From assembly GCA_964016885.1 (NCBI GenBank), contig OZ024743.1:253456001-253520000 (forward strand): DNA of 64,000 nt, in the 5' to 3' direction. The notes below the pieces were generated by a model. It did no database searches, was not told the origin of the DNA, and was given only the letters and a program-made list of their open reading frames with translations. Position 1 is the first letter of the stretch; every line of letters begins with the position of its first letter. The position numbers and the translations under genes are program-made. This DNA is from Eledone cirrhosa. Taxonomy: Eukaryota. Below, in pieces: positions 27,014-40,700 of the stretch.

Positions 27014-27466
27014 GAGTGTTAAAAAGAAGACAAGAGCTTGATACATCCCAGCCTTTATTCGTTCCAGTTGTGCATTGATTGCAATGGTGTACCAATAACA
27101 ATAATAATGACTGGGTGTCAAGTGTTTCAGCTGTTAAAAGAGAGAAAAGGGTTGCATTGAAGAGTTGCATTGAAAGGAATCGGTAATCTGACTTAAATAT
27201 TATGTAAAAGGCAGTCATAAAGGGTACCGTGTAGGTATTTGGCTCTTCCTCTCTAATGATATATACCCCATGGCTACATAACGCCTATCAATTCTTATCT
27301 GTTTTTTTGATGGGCTGTGTGTAGATAGCCCTAATGTGTGCGTGTGTGTGTGAGTCTATGTATGTACTTGAGAGTGTATAGGTGTATGTATGTCGACCAT
27401 GTATATGATTCATTGCTTTTTTTTAAAGCACACACGAGAGTCTTTGTAAATGAGTGCATAAAGTGA

Positions 27467-27528
<62 letters not shown>

Positions 27529-29119
27529 ATGTATATATAATGTGTATATGTATATATATATATATTTATTAAAATAACAGATTATTATTATTATTACTAT
27601 ATTATTATTATTATTATTACTATATATATATATATATAACAGATGTTTGCACGTTTGTGTATATAGATACATGTGTGTCTACGTGAGTATTCGCCTGTAT
27701 AATATATGCATATATATATATATGTGGGGGCAGGGTACATATGTATGTTCGTATGAATGAGTCTGTGTGCACATTTTTTATCATAAGTACGCCTACCAAA
27801 TTTATGTGAAAACATATTTATGTATGCATAGATATTGAAATGCTTATATGTGTATATGTGCATGTATGTGATTGCGTGCGTGCAAGATTTTGAGTGTGTA
27901 CGTTAATGTTATATATGTGATGAACATCAAGATGAAACTTTATCATATGGAAAAAATTGAAATGTAGATAGAATGAACAAAAACAATAATAACAATACGA
28001 TCCACCTACTTACACACTTAGAGAAATGTGATGTGAAAAGACAACAAAATATAAAGAGAAATCATCATGAAAAGAACAAACATAAAATTGACACATTTAC
28101 ACATTCCAAACTGTATGATATTTCATCTCATGTCCATACACGTTTATCTTCTCTTTCTCTGATATTTCATTGTTAAATTTTGGGCTGTTTTTTATAGAAT
28201 TGTATCCAATTTAAATACTTGAATGGAATGAAATCAAACATGCAATCTTTAGTTTAGCATGGACGAGAATAGGATGATAAAGGAATGATGGGCTAACCAG
28301 GCAATACGAGCATATGTCTATTTGAGTACATAGATGTGTTAAGGTGGCAAATTGGCTGAGTCATTAGGGCATCTTTTTGGTATTGTTTCCGGCTCTCTGA
28401 TATGTGTGTTCAAATTTCTCCTAGCTCGAGTTTATCTTTCATCCGTTTAGATCGATAAATAATGTACTAATCAAGTACTGCCTTCGATTCTTCATCTATC
28501 TCTCTAGTCACTTCATCCCTCTCTCGAACTCTCTTTCTCTGGAATGAATCCTCTGGAAGGAATCCGCCAATGTTTAAGTGCCCAAGAGACACCGTATGTC
28601 ACTATGGCACTCCTTCAACTCCACTTGGAGTCATGGGTCGATACATATATATGTATTGCGTCTGTGTTCCTTTGTGTGTGATTCTGATATTCTACTTGTC
28701 TGAAAAGGTGTAGTTATCAGGTGCGAATTAAATTCCAGTATTGGACTTGTAATTTATTGAACATGAAAGGATGAAAGGCAAAACAGACTAAATCAGAATT
28801 TGAATTCAGTTTGAAGAAAGCCGGGAAAAACCACGGCAGTTTATCTGATGTTCTAACGACTTTCCTAATTGACTGTCTTAGCAGTACACATAATCTATGC
28901 ACTGACAGTTTGGACATGAATAATGGAAGCAATAGAGGAGATACATTATGTAGGTGAGTATTGTTGATTGGGTATGTTCTACGTTATATGTGCTGGGCAG
29001 ATGGATTACAATGTTAATTATGTATATGTATAGTTATGTCTGATTTATCCATTAGTTATAGAAAATTAATGATGACAGAGAGAGAGCGCTCAGTAGTTTG
29101 TATCATGCCATTAATCCTA

Positions 29120-29192
<73 letters not shown>

Positions 29193-29367
29193 TATATAAG
29201 GAATTTATATCTAGTAACATATATATACACACAGATGCATATCAATGCTAGCAAATATATAGGTTTTGTCTTATTAACAATGTGGTTCAATGCATGGGGT
29301 TGCAGAACAATAATATGAGAGTCGTAAAATAAGAAAATTATAAAATTAACTTACTTACTAAAAAATC

Positions 29368-29450
29368 ACTTCCAACTAATTAGTTTCTGGAATGGAGTAA
29401 ATATATTTTCCGAAGAAACATATAGAAAAGCATTCCGTCATCAGGAAAGT
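29368..29450 (-). ncRNA. Type I hammerhead with long stem II
   Basis: Minus strand reads ACTTTC-CTGATGA-CGGAATG..CATTCCA-GAAA-CTAATTA-GTT-GGAAGT. Confidence 0.55.
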
Positions 29451-29971
29451 CTTTTTCCGTATAGGTCTCCAGGCATAGCGAGGAAACTGGAAACTTATTA
29501 AAAAAATAATTCAGTGGAATGGAAATAGCGATGCGTGGACTGGATTCCAAGCCATTGAGAAAATCACTGCCTCTACGTCCGTGGCAAATTCAAAAGGAAT
29601 CAATCACGTGACATCGAGGTCAATCAGTGGAAAGCGAGTGGTTATTAAGACAGCGGTTAGCTTACTACCATAGTAGCAGTCATGGCCAAATATTGCTCGA
29701 CAAATGAATTGGAGATAATTCTAAGGAATTTATATCTAGTAACATTTATATACACACAGATGCATACCAATGCTAGCAAATATATAGGTTTTGTCTTATT
29801 AACAATGTGGTTCAATGCATGGGGTTTCAGAACAATAATATGAGAGACGTAAAATAAGAAAATTATAAAATTAACTTACCAGTCCACGCATCGCTATTTC
29901 CATTCCACTGAATTATTTTTCAAATAAGTTTCCAGTGTCCTCGCTATGCCTGGAGACCTATACGGAAAAAG

Positions 29972-30054
29972 ACTTTCCTGATGACGGAATGATTTTATAT
30001 ATGTTTCTTCGGAAAATATATTTACTCCATTCCGGAAACTAATTAGTTGTAAGT
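29972..30054 (+). ncRNA. Type I hammerhead with long stem II and palindromic stem III
   Basis: ACTTTC-CTGATGA-CGGAATG..CATTCCG-GAAA-CTAATTA-GTT-GTAAGT; ACTAATTAGT is palindromic; GUU site. Confidence 0.6.
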
Positions 30055-30099
30055 GATTTTTTAGTAAGTAAGTTAATTTTATAATTTTCTTATTTTACG

Positions 30100-30142
<43 letters not shown>

Positions 30143-30144
<2 letters not shown>

Positions 30145-30331
30145 GATTAATTATATTCGTTTGGGATTTGAAACCGCGGAAAGGGCACATATAGTAAGTA
30201 CAGTGAATTTTAAAAAATTTATTTTCAAATATATATATATATACATTTGAAAATAAATTTTAAAAAATTCACTGTACTTACTATATGTGCCCTTTCCGCG
30301 GTTTCAAATCCCAAACGAATATAATTAATCC

Positions 30332-30332
<1 letters not shown>
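30143..30332. repeat. Near-perfect 88-bp-arm palindrome with a (TA)n loop
   Basis: 30143-30230 versus 30245-30332; contains GAAACCGCGG (hammerhead stem-III-like). Confidence 0.9.
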
Positions 30333-30396
<64 letters not shown>

Positions 30397-30401
<5 letters not shown>

Positions 30402-30686
30402 ATACTTGGGGAGGGTCATATTTGTGTAATATTGCCAGAATTAATAACAGAACACACTCACTGTTTGGTTGGTTTTCGCTTTTCGCTTCTGTGTGCTTTA
30501 CCGATATAATCTAAATTAGATTACCGATATAAAGGATACAGAAACGAAAAGCGAAAACCAACCAAACAGTGAGTGTGTTCTGTTATTAATTCTGGCAATA
30601 TTACACAAATTTGACCCCCCCCCCCCCCCCCAGTATAACAATATTTGTTTCGACACACGATTTCATATAAAAAACCTCGAAAAACT
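30397..30686. repeat. Fold-back element, family B (also at ~318-412)
   Basis: 30397-30486 is inverted to 30546-30642; GCGAAAACCAACCAAACAGTGAGTGTGTTCTGTTATTAATTCTGGCAATATTAC recurs at 328-382. Confidence 0.75.
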
Positions 30687-31734
30687 ATATATATATATAT
30701 ATATATATAAATCATTTGTTTAACTGTTTCTAATGGAACACACTGCCTTTGATTTTACAAATAGTTTTCGAAAATAATCAAGAATTTGAAGGCATTCACA
30801 AATAAAACAGGTACTCTTCATTAATCCGAGGAATGAGCCCCGGGAGATGGAAGGGCTGACGTAGAGGATGTCACCGGGTATTCTCTATGGCAATATTTAC
30901 GCCATTGTGTCCGTGGGAGGTGGGGTGCTAGGCTGAGATATATCACCTAGACGGATATAAAATGTGCCGCTACCTCAAATATCTCTTTACTTACATTACT
31001 TAATTTTTGCTTTTATTCTTATTTTATTGCAAATGATGTATACCAAAATTGATATTTATTCAATATATACATTATCTCTGACCATAATTAACCTTTGCAT
31101 TACTAAGTCGAAGGTACTTTCAAAAAATTATGTGGAAGGTTTTCCGATAAATGTAAAATATGTTAAAATTTCCGTTGCTATAAATCTGAAAGGCATTGCG
31201 TAGAATTTTTAAATAATTAAAAAAATAATCAAGAATGGTGTACAATTAATTATTCAAAGAGCATACATCTATAACAAGAGCTAATGTGTGTGTGTGCGTG
31301 TGTGTGAGTATCTGTGTGCATGTATGTTTGTACTTGTGTATCGGTGTGTATGTATATTTGTGTGTGTGTATGTATATATTTTTGTAAGTCTGCGTGTGTA
31401 TGATTGTATGTGTGTCTGTGTTTATGTGTATTTGTGTTTGCATGTCTATGTGTACATATACATGTTTTTGTGTATATGTATATGTGTAACTTTGTGAGGG
31501 GAGGGGGGGGGGGCTAGTGTGCCAAAATACTAGGCATCGTTTTAGCGTTACTGTGTGTTCATCCTATCTATCTTTAATTTACGGTTTAGTATTGATATAT
31601 TAAATGTGAAATAGATTTAATTAGTGATAATGGCTTTATAATAAACACCAGCATAAAGAGAAGCCAGATTACTGAAGAGCATGGAACAGCAGGTGGCAGC
31701 AACACTAACATAACATACCTAATAATTCATTCAG

Positions 31735-32092
31735 CTATTGGCATAAGGCCAGCAATTTAAAAGGAAGCGAGAAATCAATAAAACTGATCCCAGTTCGTTA
31801 CATGTAATTTGAATTATCGGCCCCATTAGGATGAAAGCCAAAGCTAACATCAGGAGGTGTTGAAATTAGAACATACAGGGCCGTACCTATACGCTGCAAA
31901 GCTGTTTACCGATGTTCTACCGATACTGCCCATCCACCGTCCTCAATAATAATTATTATTTCTGATTTAGACATAAGGCCAAGAATTTTGGGGCATTATA
32001 TCAGCTCCGTTACTTAACTAATACATTATTTTACCAACCGTCGAAGAATGACAGGCGAAGTTGCCTTTGGCGGGATTAGAACTCAGAACATA
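31735..32092 (-). mobile_element. Two decayed copies of an Octopus-type tRNA-derived SINE
   Basis: TTGGCATAAGGCCAGCAATTT..GGATGAAAG.CAAAG..GAACTCAGAAC. Further copies at ~28360-28480(+), 33915-34050(-), 34970-35160(-), 41985-42150(+), 51415-51540(-) and 63750-63880(-). Confidence 0.6.
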
Positions 32093-34523
32093 CTAGAATA
32101 ATATTAACGTTAACAAAATCAATAACAATCACAGTATAAAATCTTTATTTCGTACCTTTCTACAAACATCCCCATAATCAGTTTACATCTGTTTTCATCG
32201 GTTGCATGGGTGGGAGAGGTTTTCCCCCTTTACGTTTAGCATTCCTCCATCATTTCTCTGGCGGTTCAGCAATTTGAGATCACCTCAAAACACTTTTCTC
32301 GGTCTTTCTCTAATACAGCCTCAATGCACATTTTCAAACGGCCTTCATCATCCCTACGCATCACTGCTCGGCACCAACGCAATCTTTTCTGTTTCTAACT
32401 AAATCTGATTCTTCTTATACACAATGTGTCTCTCAGTTCTTCCACACCTCATCATTCATACACTCTACCATTACAAATCCCATGAGGCATACTCATTTTA
32501 TTTATCTATAGTCACTGTATATCCTCTGCATTCACCACACATGTCCCACAGCCATTTAACACCAAATTTATCATATAGGTATCATCACTTCGCAATTTAC
32601 ACTTTGCTTGTAGTAACTCTAACCTTTTTCCAGTCAATTCTTATTCTAGCTACTATGATTTCAGAGCAACATCCTGCTCATCTAATTAAGTTACCTAAAC
32701 AACAAAATATATCAACTACTGTTTTCAAACTACACCTCTTGTGTCTTCATGCCTTACATTGCGTAAAAGCTTGAAAAAGACGTTGCCTATGGTAATCGAA
32801 TAAATTTGAAAAATCATGTGTGATTTAGTGATATAACTAACTCTCCGTTACCATATTTCTAATGAAAGACACTGGCTATGTATGGTTTTCAAATCGTTTT
32901 GAGAATAACCAAGAAATTGGTAGGATTTATTAAGATGACTAAATTTCACATGATTAAGCTGGTATTTAGTGCATGACTTAGAATTTCTTATTATGATGGA
33001 ATATCTTTTGATAAATAGAAACAATTTCAAACAAACAACTTTGTATTGTAGATATAGGCAGTTTCTGTCAGTTTGATATCAAAAGTGTTAATCACTATGA
33101 ATTTGACAATTATCAAATTTTAGAAATACACTTGAAGCTAATGTGTGTATGAGACTGGTGAGTCGGGGAGGGGATACCGATGGTCTGCTGGAATTAATCC
33201 ATTTAGATTAATGATTTTATGGATGAAATTCAAAGATAACCGTGAGAGAATGTAACACTGTTGATAACAAATAGTCTGAAACCATACATATTTGTATTAT
33301 CCAATACCATTTCACTTAAAGTTGCTTATATTTATCGAAAAATTTCCATCATGATTTTATATAAGAAATTTGCTAAGTTATCATCCAATCACAATCTTAA
33401 TAACGAGAATCGTAGCTATTTTACTAAATTCTCCAAATTCTTACTTATTTAAAATGTATAGGCGGTTTCATTAATTAGGTAACAAAAGGGTTTAAATTTA
33501 TAAATGTAAAATATTTATATTTATCTAAAGCCTTTCTCACATAATGTTATGTAATTATCGTGAACATAAATTATATTTCTAAATCCCTATAAATACTTAA
33601 TTATCGAAATTATTTGAACATTTTAAGTTATGTTATCAATAAAAAATATGATAATAAAAGTATTAAAATATTTATATCTACCTAAAAGCCATCCATCATA
33701 ACTTTATGTAAGAACATTTGTAACGGAGACATTTGTTATATTACGAAATCTTATACGTAATTCATTATTTTCAAAATTATGCGAAATTTATAATCAGTTT
33801 TAGCATTAGAAATATTGAAAGAAAAGGATTTAAATATTTATAATTATGGACGAAATTTCCATCATAATTTTATGCAATAATGTTTGTTAATAATGGGTTA
33901 ATAATGGGTTCCGATTTAGACACAGGGCCAACAAATTTGGGGAATGGGAAAGTCCATTAAACCGCCCCCAGTGCGTTACCAGTACTATATTTAATCAACG
34001 CCATGGGGATGAAAAGCAAACCTCACCCCAACAAGATTTGAACACCAGCTTAATCATGAGAATATTTATTGTATTAATGAATCGCTCAGATACTTGAATA
34101 CTTTCAGCAAAAGAAACTAAAAAAGTTCAATGCAGAATGATTTAACAAGTACAGAATTTGCTTTTCATTTTTCAAAAAAGAAAAAAAAAATTAAATGAAA
34201 TTTTAACGAAAGTATTCTTTCAATGAATAACTTGTCAAATTTAGTGCATATTTCTTTCTTTTTTAATGAAAACGAAGAAATAGAAAATACGAGATTTTTA
34301 TTTATTTTTTTAATTGAAATAATTTTTGTTTCCTTCTCTTCAATTGATAATTACTGAATATTAACATCTTTGTACAGACTAGCTCGAAGAAGATCACACC
34401 GAAAAACAATTTCACACATGTTGAAATATAATGAAAAACAAAAAGAGAAAGGGTGCAGAAATTGCTATCAGGTTTAGGTTTAGACATACGTACGTACACG
34501 TATACATACAAACACAAGCATGC

Positions 34524-34554
<31 letters not shown>

Positions 34555-35911
34555 TCGTCACTGTATGCATGTATGCATATGCACAGACACATATATATAT
34601 ATATATGTGTGTGCGTGTGTGTGTGTGAGAGTCCCTGTATGTATGTATGTTTGTGTGCAGCGATAATCAGGAGCTGCTAAATGATGCTTAAAATCAGACA
34701 AACTATATTTACAATATATTATATTACTAACAGCAAGTGGTTAACCTGGTCATATAATTTAATACAATATTCTTATCTTAAAGCTAAACATACATCTTAA
34801 GCAAAGTGTAATGAATCTCATTTTATCTTGAAGCCAATTACTTGAAAATATTAATTGTTGAAAAGGCAGAAAATACATTTAAGAGAACAAATAGCAGCGT
34901 GTTTAAGGAGTTCACTTCGAAACTTTGTTAAGTTATGTTGCGAAAGACAGTTATATAATTTTCTCTATCATTGGCACAAGGCCACTATTTAGGGAAGGGG
35001 AAATTCGATTATATTGATCGTAGTAGTTAACGAATATTTTATTTTTTCTATATCAGGAAAGAGAAAAGGCAAAATTGTCCTCGGTGGGATTTGACCAAAG
35101 AATGCAGAAATTCCTATATAAAATACTGCAAAGTATTTTGCAAGACGTCCAATCAATGCAACCAAACGAACAGGCTAACAACAGCGTAACTAGGAGAGAG
35201 TTAGGTATTTTTTGAAATCCCTTCAAATTCTTTGTTATTTTCATAATGATTTGAAAGTTATAGGCAGTATCTTTCATTAAACATATGGTAAAGAAAAGGT
35301 TACATAGAAATGGAGAATGACTTCACAGCTGTGAACTAAAGCAATCGTAGAGCTTCTTCCACTGGCCTGATGTTAAATACTATATCTTACAGATTCATGT
35401 TCATCGGCACCAATCCATCAGGTTCCAATGAAACTTCAACGTGGCAAAAATACAAAAGTTAAATCCAGTAAAGCAAACTTCAAACCTAAGTCTATCCTTT
35501 GAAATATTAATGGAAATGAAGATAATCATTGAGAAATATTACATTACTTGAAGAAATAGACAAATGAACAGTTTGATTATGTAAATAACTTGTGTGAGTG
35601 TTATATATATATATATTTATATTTATATGTGTGTGTGTGAGTGTGTGTAAATGTGTGCGTGCGTGTGCATATATGTATGTGTCTGCGTAGTCAGCAAAGT
35701 AGTGATATATGATGATATACATGCGTTAGTGTATATGTGCTCACAGATATATATATATGTGTGTGTATATGTCTGCATGCATTATACATTTATTAACTTT
35801 CAAATATTTAACAGTATTAGGAATTGAGTACAATTGGCAGTAATTGCAACCGTGTTGTGTTTGCTGTTGATATTAGTTTCATTGGTTTTATTCTAGAGAA
35901 TATTCACCGCA

Positions 35912-35954
<43 letters not shown>

Positions 35955-36055
35955 GTGTGTGTATGTGCGTGTGTGGATATATCATATATATATATATATA
36001 TTCATATATATATATATATACACACACACATATATATATATATACATATATATAC

Positions 36056-36169
<114 letters not shown>

Positions 36170-36362
36170 CAGACAGTGACTATTGCCGACCTAATCAAAA
36201 TGAATGCATTAATACCAAACAAATACCAAAGAATTTCTATCAACAAAAACAATGGCTACAACATCAATATCAAAAATAAACATATAATATTGTAATATAT
36301 CATAAATGCATACATGCAATTCTAAATATATATGCATATATATAATATATATATATATATAT

Positions 36363-36451
<89 letters not shown>

Positions 36452-36536
36452 GTATATATATATATGTATATATATATATATACATATATATGTATATGTA
36501 TATATTTATATATATATAAATATTTGTATATATATT

Positions 36537-36592
<56 letters not shown>

Positions 36593-36609
36593 CACACATA
36601 TATATATAT

Positions 36610-36678
<69 letters not shown>

Positions 36679-37299
36679 ACGTATATGAATATGTATGTAT
36701 ATAAATATATGTCTGTGTATTTATGTATATATGCAAACTTTCCAAATTCTATATAAGTTTTGGTGAATTCAACAATTTACCATTTGTTTTAAATTTACTT
36801 TGTATTAATTTTGTTGTCTCGTTGCGTTTTCATCTTCCGTGACTATATTTCGCAATCTTTTATTACTGAATAATAACTGTGTTTCTGAATGTATTGTTAG
36901 TGCTGGAGATGTTCTTTTTGGCGACGTTGCTGTGGTTGGTGTGGCTGTATTCTGTTGGTTTTCTGGAGTGAGTCGGAATGCAGCAGGCCCTAAAAAGAAA
37001 ATTATGCTCCTTTTCTAGTTTTGGGGGTTTAGGTGATTCCCACTCTCTTTGTTGCAAGGTTTCTGCGTCTTAGTTACTTGACTCAGTTGGGTGTTGTGGG
37101 GATAGAGGGAGAGTTTGTTTAAGAGACCCATTGTGTTGATTTTCTGGGTCTCTTTTCTGTTATTCCGTTTGATGCTGGTAGTGATGATGCATTGGGGCCC
37201 TGTGATTCCTTATTTTGTGTTGAGGACAGAAAGTTCTCAAATGACCAGGCTTCCCACACAGATGGCAACGAACTTTTCCCCATCAACTACGACATGCAA

Positions 37300-38650
37300 C
37301 TTTACTCCTTTAGATGCAGAAGAAAGCATTGCTTTTTGGAACAATATTTCGAGCAAATCTGTTCAACTCAATGATAAAACATATAGGACAAAGAAGGCTG
37401 GAAAACAGAAGCAGGTGTATAGAAGCATGAAAACCTCGAAATAACAAAAGAAGTCGTGGAAACCCAGTAGCGAAAGATGCCAAAATTGAAAGTAAGAAAT
37501 GGATACTAATTAAAAAGCTTCAGCAACTTACATGAATTAATAATTACACAGTTAGATAATGTCTTAACTTCTGGAGAAACACCAGTATTGACGACAAAAT
37601 GTCTCACATGTTTGATAATGAAAGATGAGAGTAATGGTAACGAAGTTCCTAATTTCAAACCCGTTACATTTCTTCTTCAGATGCAGAAGCACGAAGCACG
37701 AACATTAGCTGAGGAAATCTATACATACATGGTGAGAGAAAATCTGATTCATGATAAGTAGAAGGAGTTTTGGTATAATAGTAGGGGGAACAAAAAACCA
37801 GCTGATGATTGATAAGAGGATACTGAAGAACTGCAAATAGGGGCTAACTAATCTGAAACTCGTTTGCACTGACTGACTACAAGATGTCATATGATATGGT
37901 GTCGCATTCTTGGATTAATTATTCTTTGGGAATGTTTAAGCTGTCAGACAATATCGAGAGTATTTTAGAGAAATCAAAGGCTAAATGGAAAATAGAATTG
38001 GCCAATAGCTTCTGAAGAGACGATAAAATGAAGCATCCTCTAAGGAAACAGTTTATCACCAATTTTCTTCGTTGTTCCCGTGATACCAATGTCAGCTGTG
38101 CCAATCGGATACAGACTACTTGTTTATAGATGATTTTAAACAATACAGTTGTGATATAGAAAAGCTAGACACCTTAGTGCAAAACAGTTAGAGTAATTTC
38201 TTAATATGGCGTTTGACATCTCAGGGTGTTCAATGATGGAGGTGAAGCGTGTAAAGATGGTAAGGCGTGTTGGAATCGAACTACCAAGCGAACGAATCAA
38301 GTCACTGGAAATAATCGAAGTATATAAATATCTAAGTGTACTACAGTGTCTTGAACTAAAAAGCATAAGAATAAATTGAATTGTCGGAAAAGAGCATTTT
38401 CGACGATTGAGGACGATCCTCAAGTCCAGTTTTGATGAGGAAAATACTGTATAGGCAATAAAGACCAGAAATGTGTCATTAATTAAGTATGGTGCAGGTA
38501 TAGTAGAATGGACGAAAGTAGAGTTGAAGAATATTGATTGGAAAACTAGGAAAATGCAACAGATAAACTACCTCTTATTCATGGATGATCATAAGCACTA
38601 TAGTAAAGAGGAAAAGCAAATAGGCGTGTTGGTAATCTCAGTACATTGCT
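37300..38650 (+). pseudogene. Decayed Dong/R4-type non-LTR retrotransposon RT
   Basis: DAEESIAFWNNI, NFKPVTFL, GTKNQLMIDKRILKNCK, DYKMSYDMVSHSWI, YKYL, YGAGIVEWTKVELKNIDWKTRK and INYLLFMDD; many stops and frameshifts. Confidence 0.7.
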
Positions 38651-40184
38651 CAAAGAGTGTGTGTGTGTTTTTTTTTGCTGGGATGAGGAACATTTACAGA
38701 CGTAGAGAGATATAACTTCCAGCTTCTGATATAATGAAAAGGATACAAGACACAAGAAACATGTATCTTGGCGTTTTGTAGAATGATGCAATCGTGGTAA
38801 AGGAAATTATAAAACGTTGTACCCTGATCTCTGAGCTACATAGCCTATCGAATAACACCACTCCTTTCAAAGAACCGCTTTTTTTTTAAATTTAATATTC
38901 TTTCTCACCTCCTTTTCTCTTTGTTTTCTCTTATTGTCAATTCATTACAAATACTTTTAAATTAATAACAGAGTTATTGATACAAAGCATACAAGAAATA
39001 GCATAATTACGATCAGACGATTTTGTATTGATTTTACAAGTGAAAATATTGCGATCACTGATAATTCCCTTATATTATCTGACAAATTGTAATGAAGGCA
39101 GCAAACAAACTGTGCCACTGTTCTAGTATCACTAATGAAGGAGGTGTTGATATGAGCTAACACAGTGGTTCTAATTATCAATCTAAGAGGTTATGATATA
39201 AGCTAACAGTATGGCTCTGATTCAACTGATAAAGGAATCACTCTGACCCAAAATGGTTTCCGAACGGAAAACATCTGTAGCAATATAAGATAACATCGTA
39301 TATTTTGACACGGAGCCAAGTTTTCTTTAGTTGAACGACAGATATAGATTTTAAAAATGTCTATATTCTACTCAGAAATGAAGAGAGGCGAAAATTATTT
39401 GAAGAGGGATTTTATTGGAAGATAAATATTCAGTAATAAGCTGGTTTTCAAAGAATGTAGATATTTAAAAGTTTTCATTTTTTCTGAAGTGTTGACATTA
39501 GTTAATAAATGGCCATTTAGCCAAAGATGCAGACCCACCATGCTGTCTTACCATGGTTTTATTTGTATTCATGGGCCAGGTGGAGCTATACCTATTGACA
39601 TATGACAACGTCCTCTCTCCAGGATTATATGAGTGCCATTGTAAGTAAATGGATAACACCTTCGTCAAGAATCCACACCCATAATGTTGTTGCCTATGTC
39701 TTCACGCGTAAACTGAAATAATGTGGCTACTAGTTTCTATACCTTGTCAAAACACTGAGGAAAATGTGTTGCAGTTTATTAGTACAACAATAATCTTGAT
39801 CTGGTAAGGACATACACATTATGGGTCACAATTAGCTTACTAATATGCTGCAAAGAAATGAGAATACAAAATTAAACTATAATTACACGAACGCTTTTGA
39901 CGACAACCCACCCAAAACCACCTATTTTAAAGAATCACTATTTAAATTACTACCTTTTGTTAAATTATGTTACATGTATCTTCTTGATAATTAAATAATA
40001 TCTATATTAAGTAAATTCTTGCACATGCTACATTAATTAATTCAGATACAGCATATTTCATTAGAAATGGATCCTTATTCCAGAAGTAATTCAAAGCAAC
40101 TCAAGCAGATTTATAGTTAGATTAAATGTTAGAAATGTTGCCCAACTGAAAACACATTGTTACTTTTTTCTTTGTAGGGCGCTA

Positions 40185-40395
40185 GGATGGCAGTTTTGGT
40201 GAAGCGTCGGACAACATGCTTTGCAGCATAGAGATAGAGCCCTTTACGTTCTCAATTCAAATCCCACCGTGGTTAGGTATACATTTCATCCTTATAGGGT
40301 CGATGAAATTAAGCAACAGTAACCGACATCGGTTGATTTAACTGACATTCTCCTTAACTTCAAATTGCTGGCCTTGCGCCAAATGTAGAAACAAT
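40185..40395 (+). mobile_element. tRNA-derived SINE, decayed
   Basis: TTTACGTTCTCAATTCAAATCCCACCG..TTTCATCCTT..GGGTCGAT..AATTGCTGGCCTTGCGCCAAA..TAGAAACAAT. Confidence 0.6.
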
Positions 40396-40429
40396 GTTTC
40401 TATGTAACTAGTAAGTAAACTGGAGTATA

Positions 40430-40700
40430 ATCTGTATATATATAACTCTATACAAGCTCCATCTATATTCAGAGTGGCCCACAAATAATTCTAGCCTCTA
40501 TACATAACTATAAAACGCCAACCTATATACAGATTGGCCAACAATTAGCTCTAGCCTGGATTATATATCCAGGCTAGAGCTTATTGTTGGCCAATCTGTA
40601 TATAAATTATCTCTGCACACAGAGTGACGCACAATTATATTTAGCCTGTATATATAACCCTATATAAGCCCCATCTGCATACAGTGTGGTCCACATTTAG
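40430..40700. repeat. ~65-bp degenerate minisatellite with an internal inversion
   Basis: Units such as CTGTATATATAAC..CATCT..CAGAGTGG..CACAA..TAGC; palindrome 40525-40601 centred on GGATTATATATCC. Confidence 0.65.

Larger units (their letters stand above)
29198..30107. mobile_element. Partial-tandem plus inverted non-coding element (525-bp unit) with hammerheads on both strands
   Basis: 29198-29355 repeats at 29723-29879; 29879-30107 is the reverse complement of ~29313-29543; (TA)n flanks. Confidence 0.8.
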
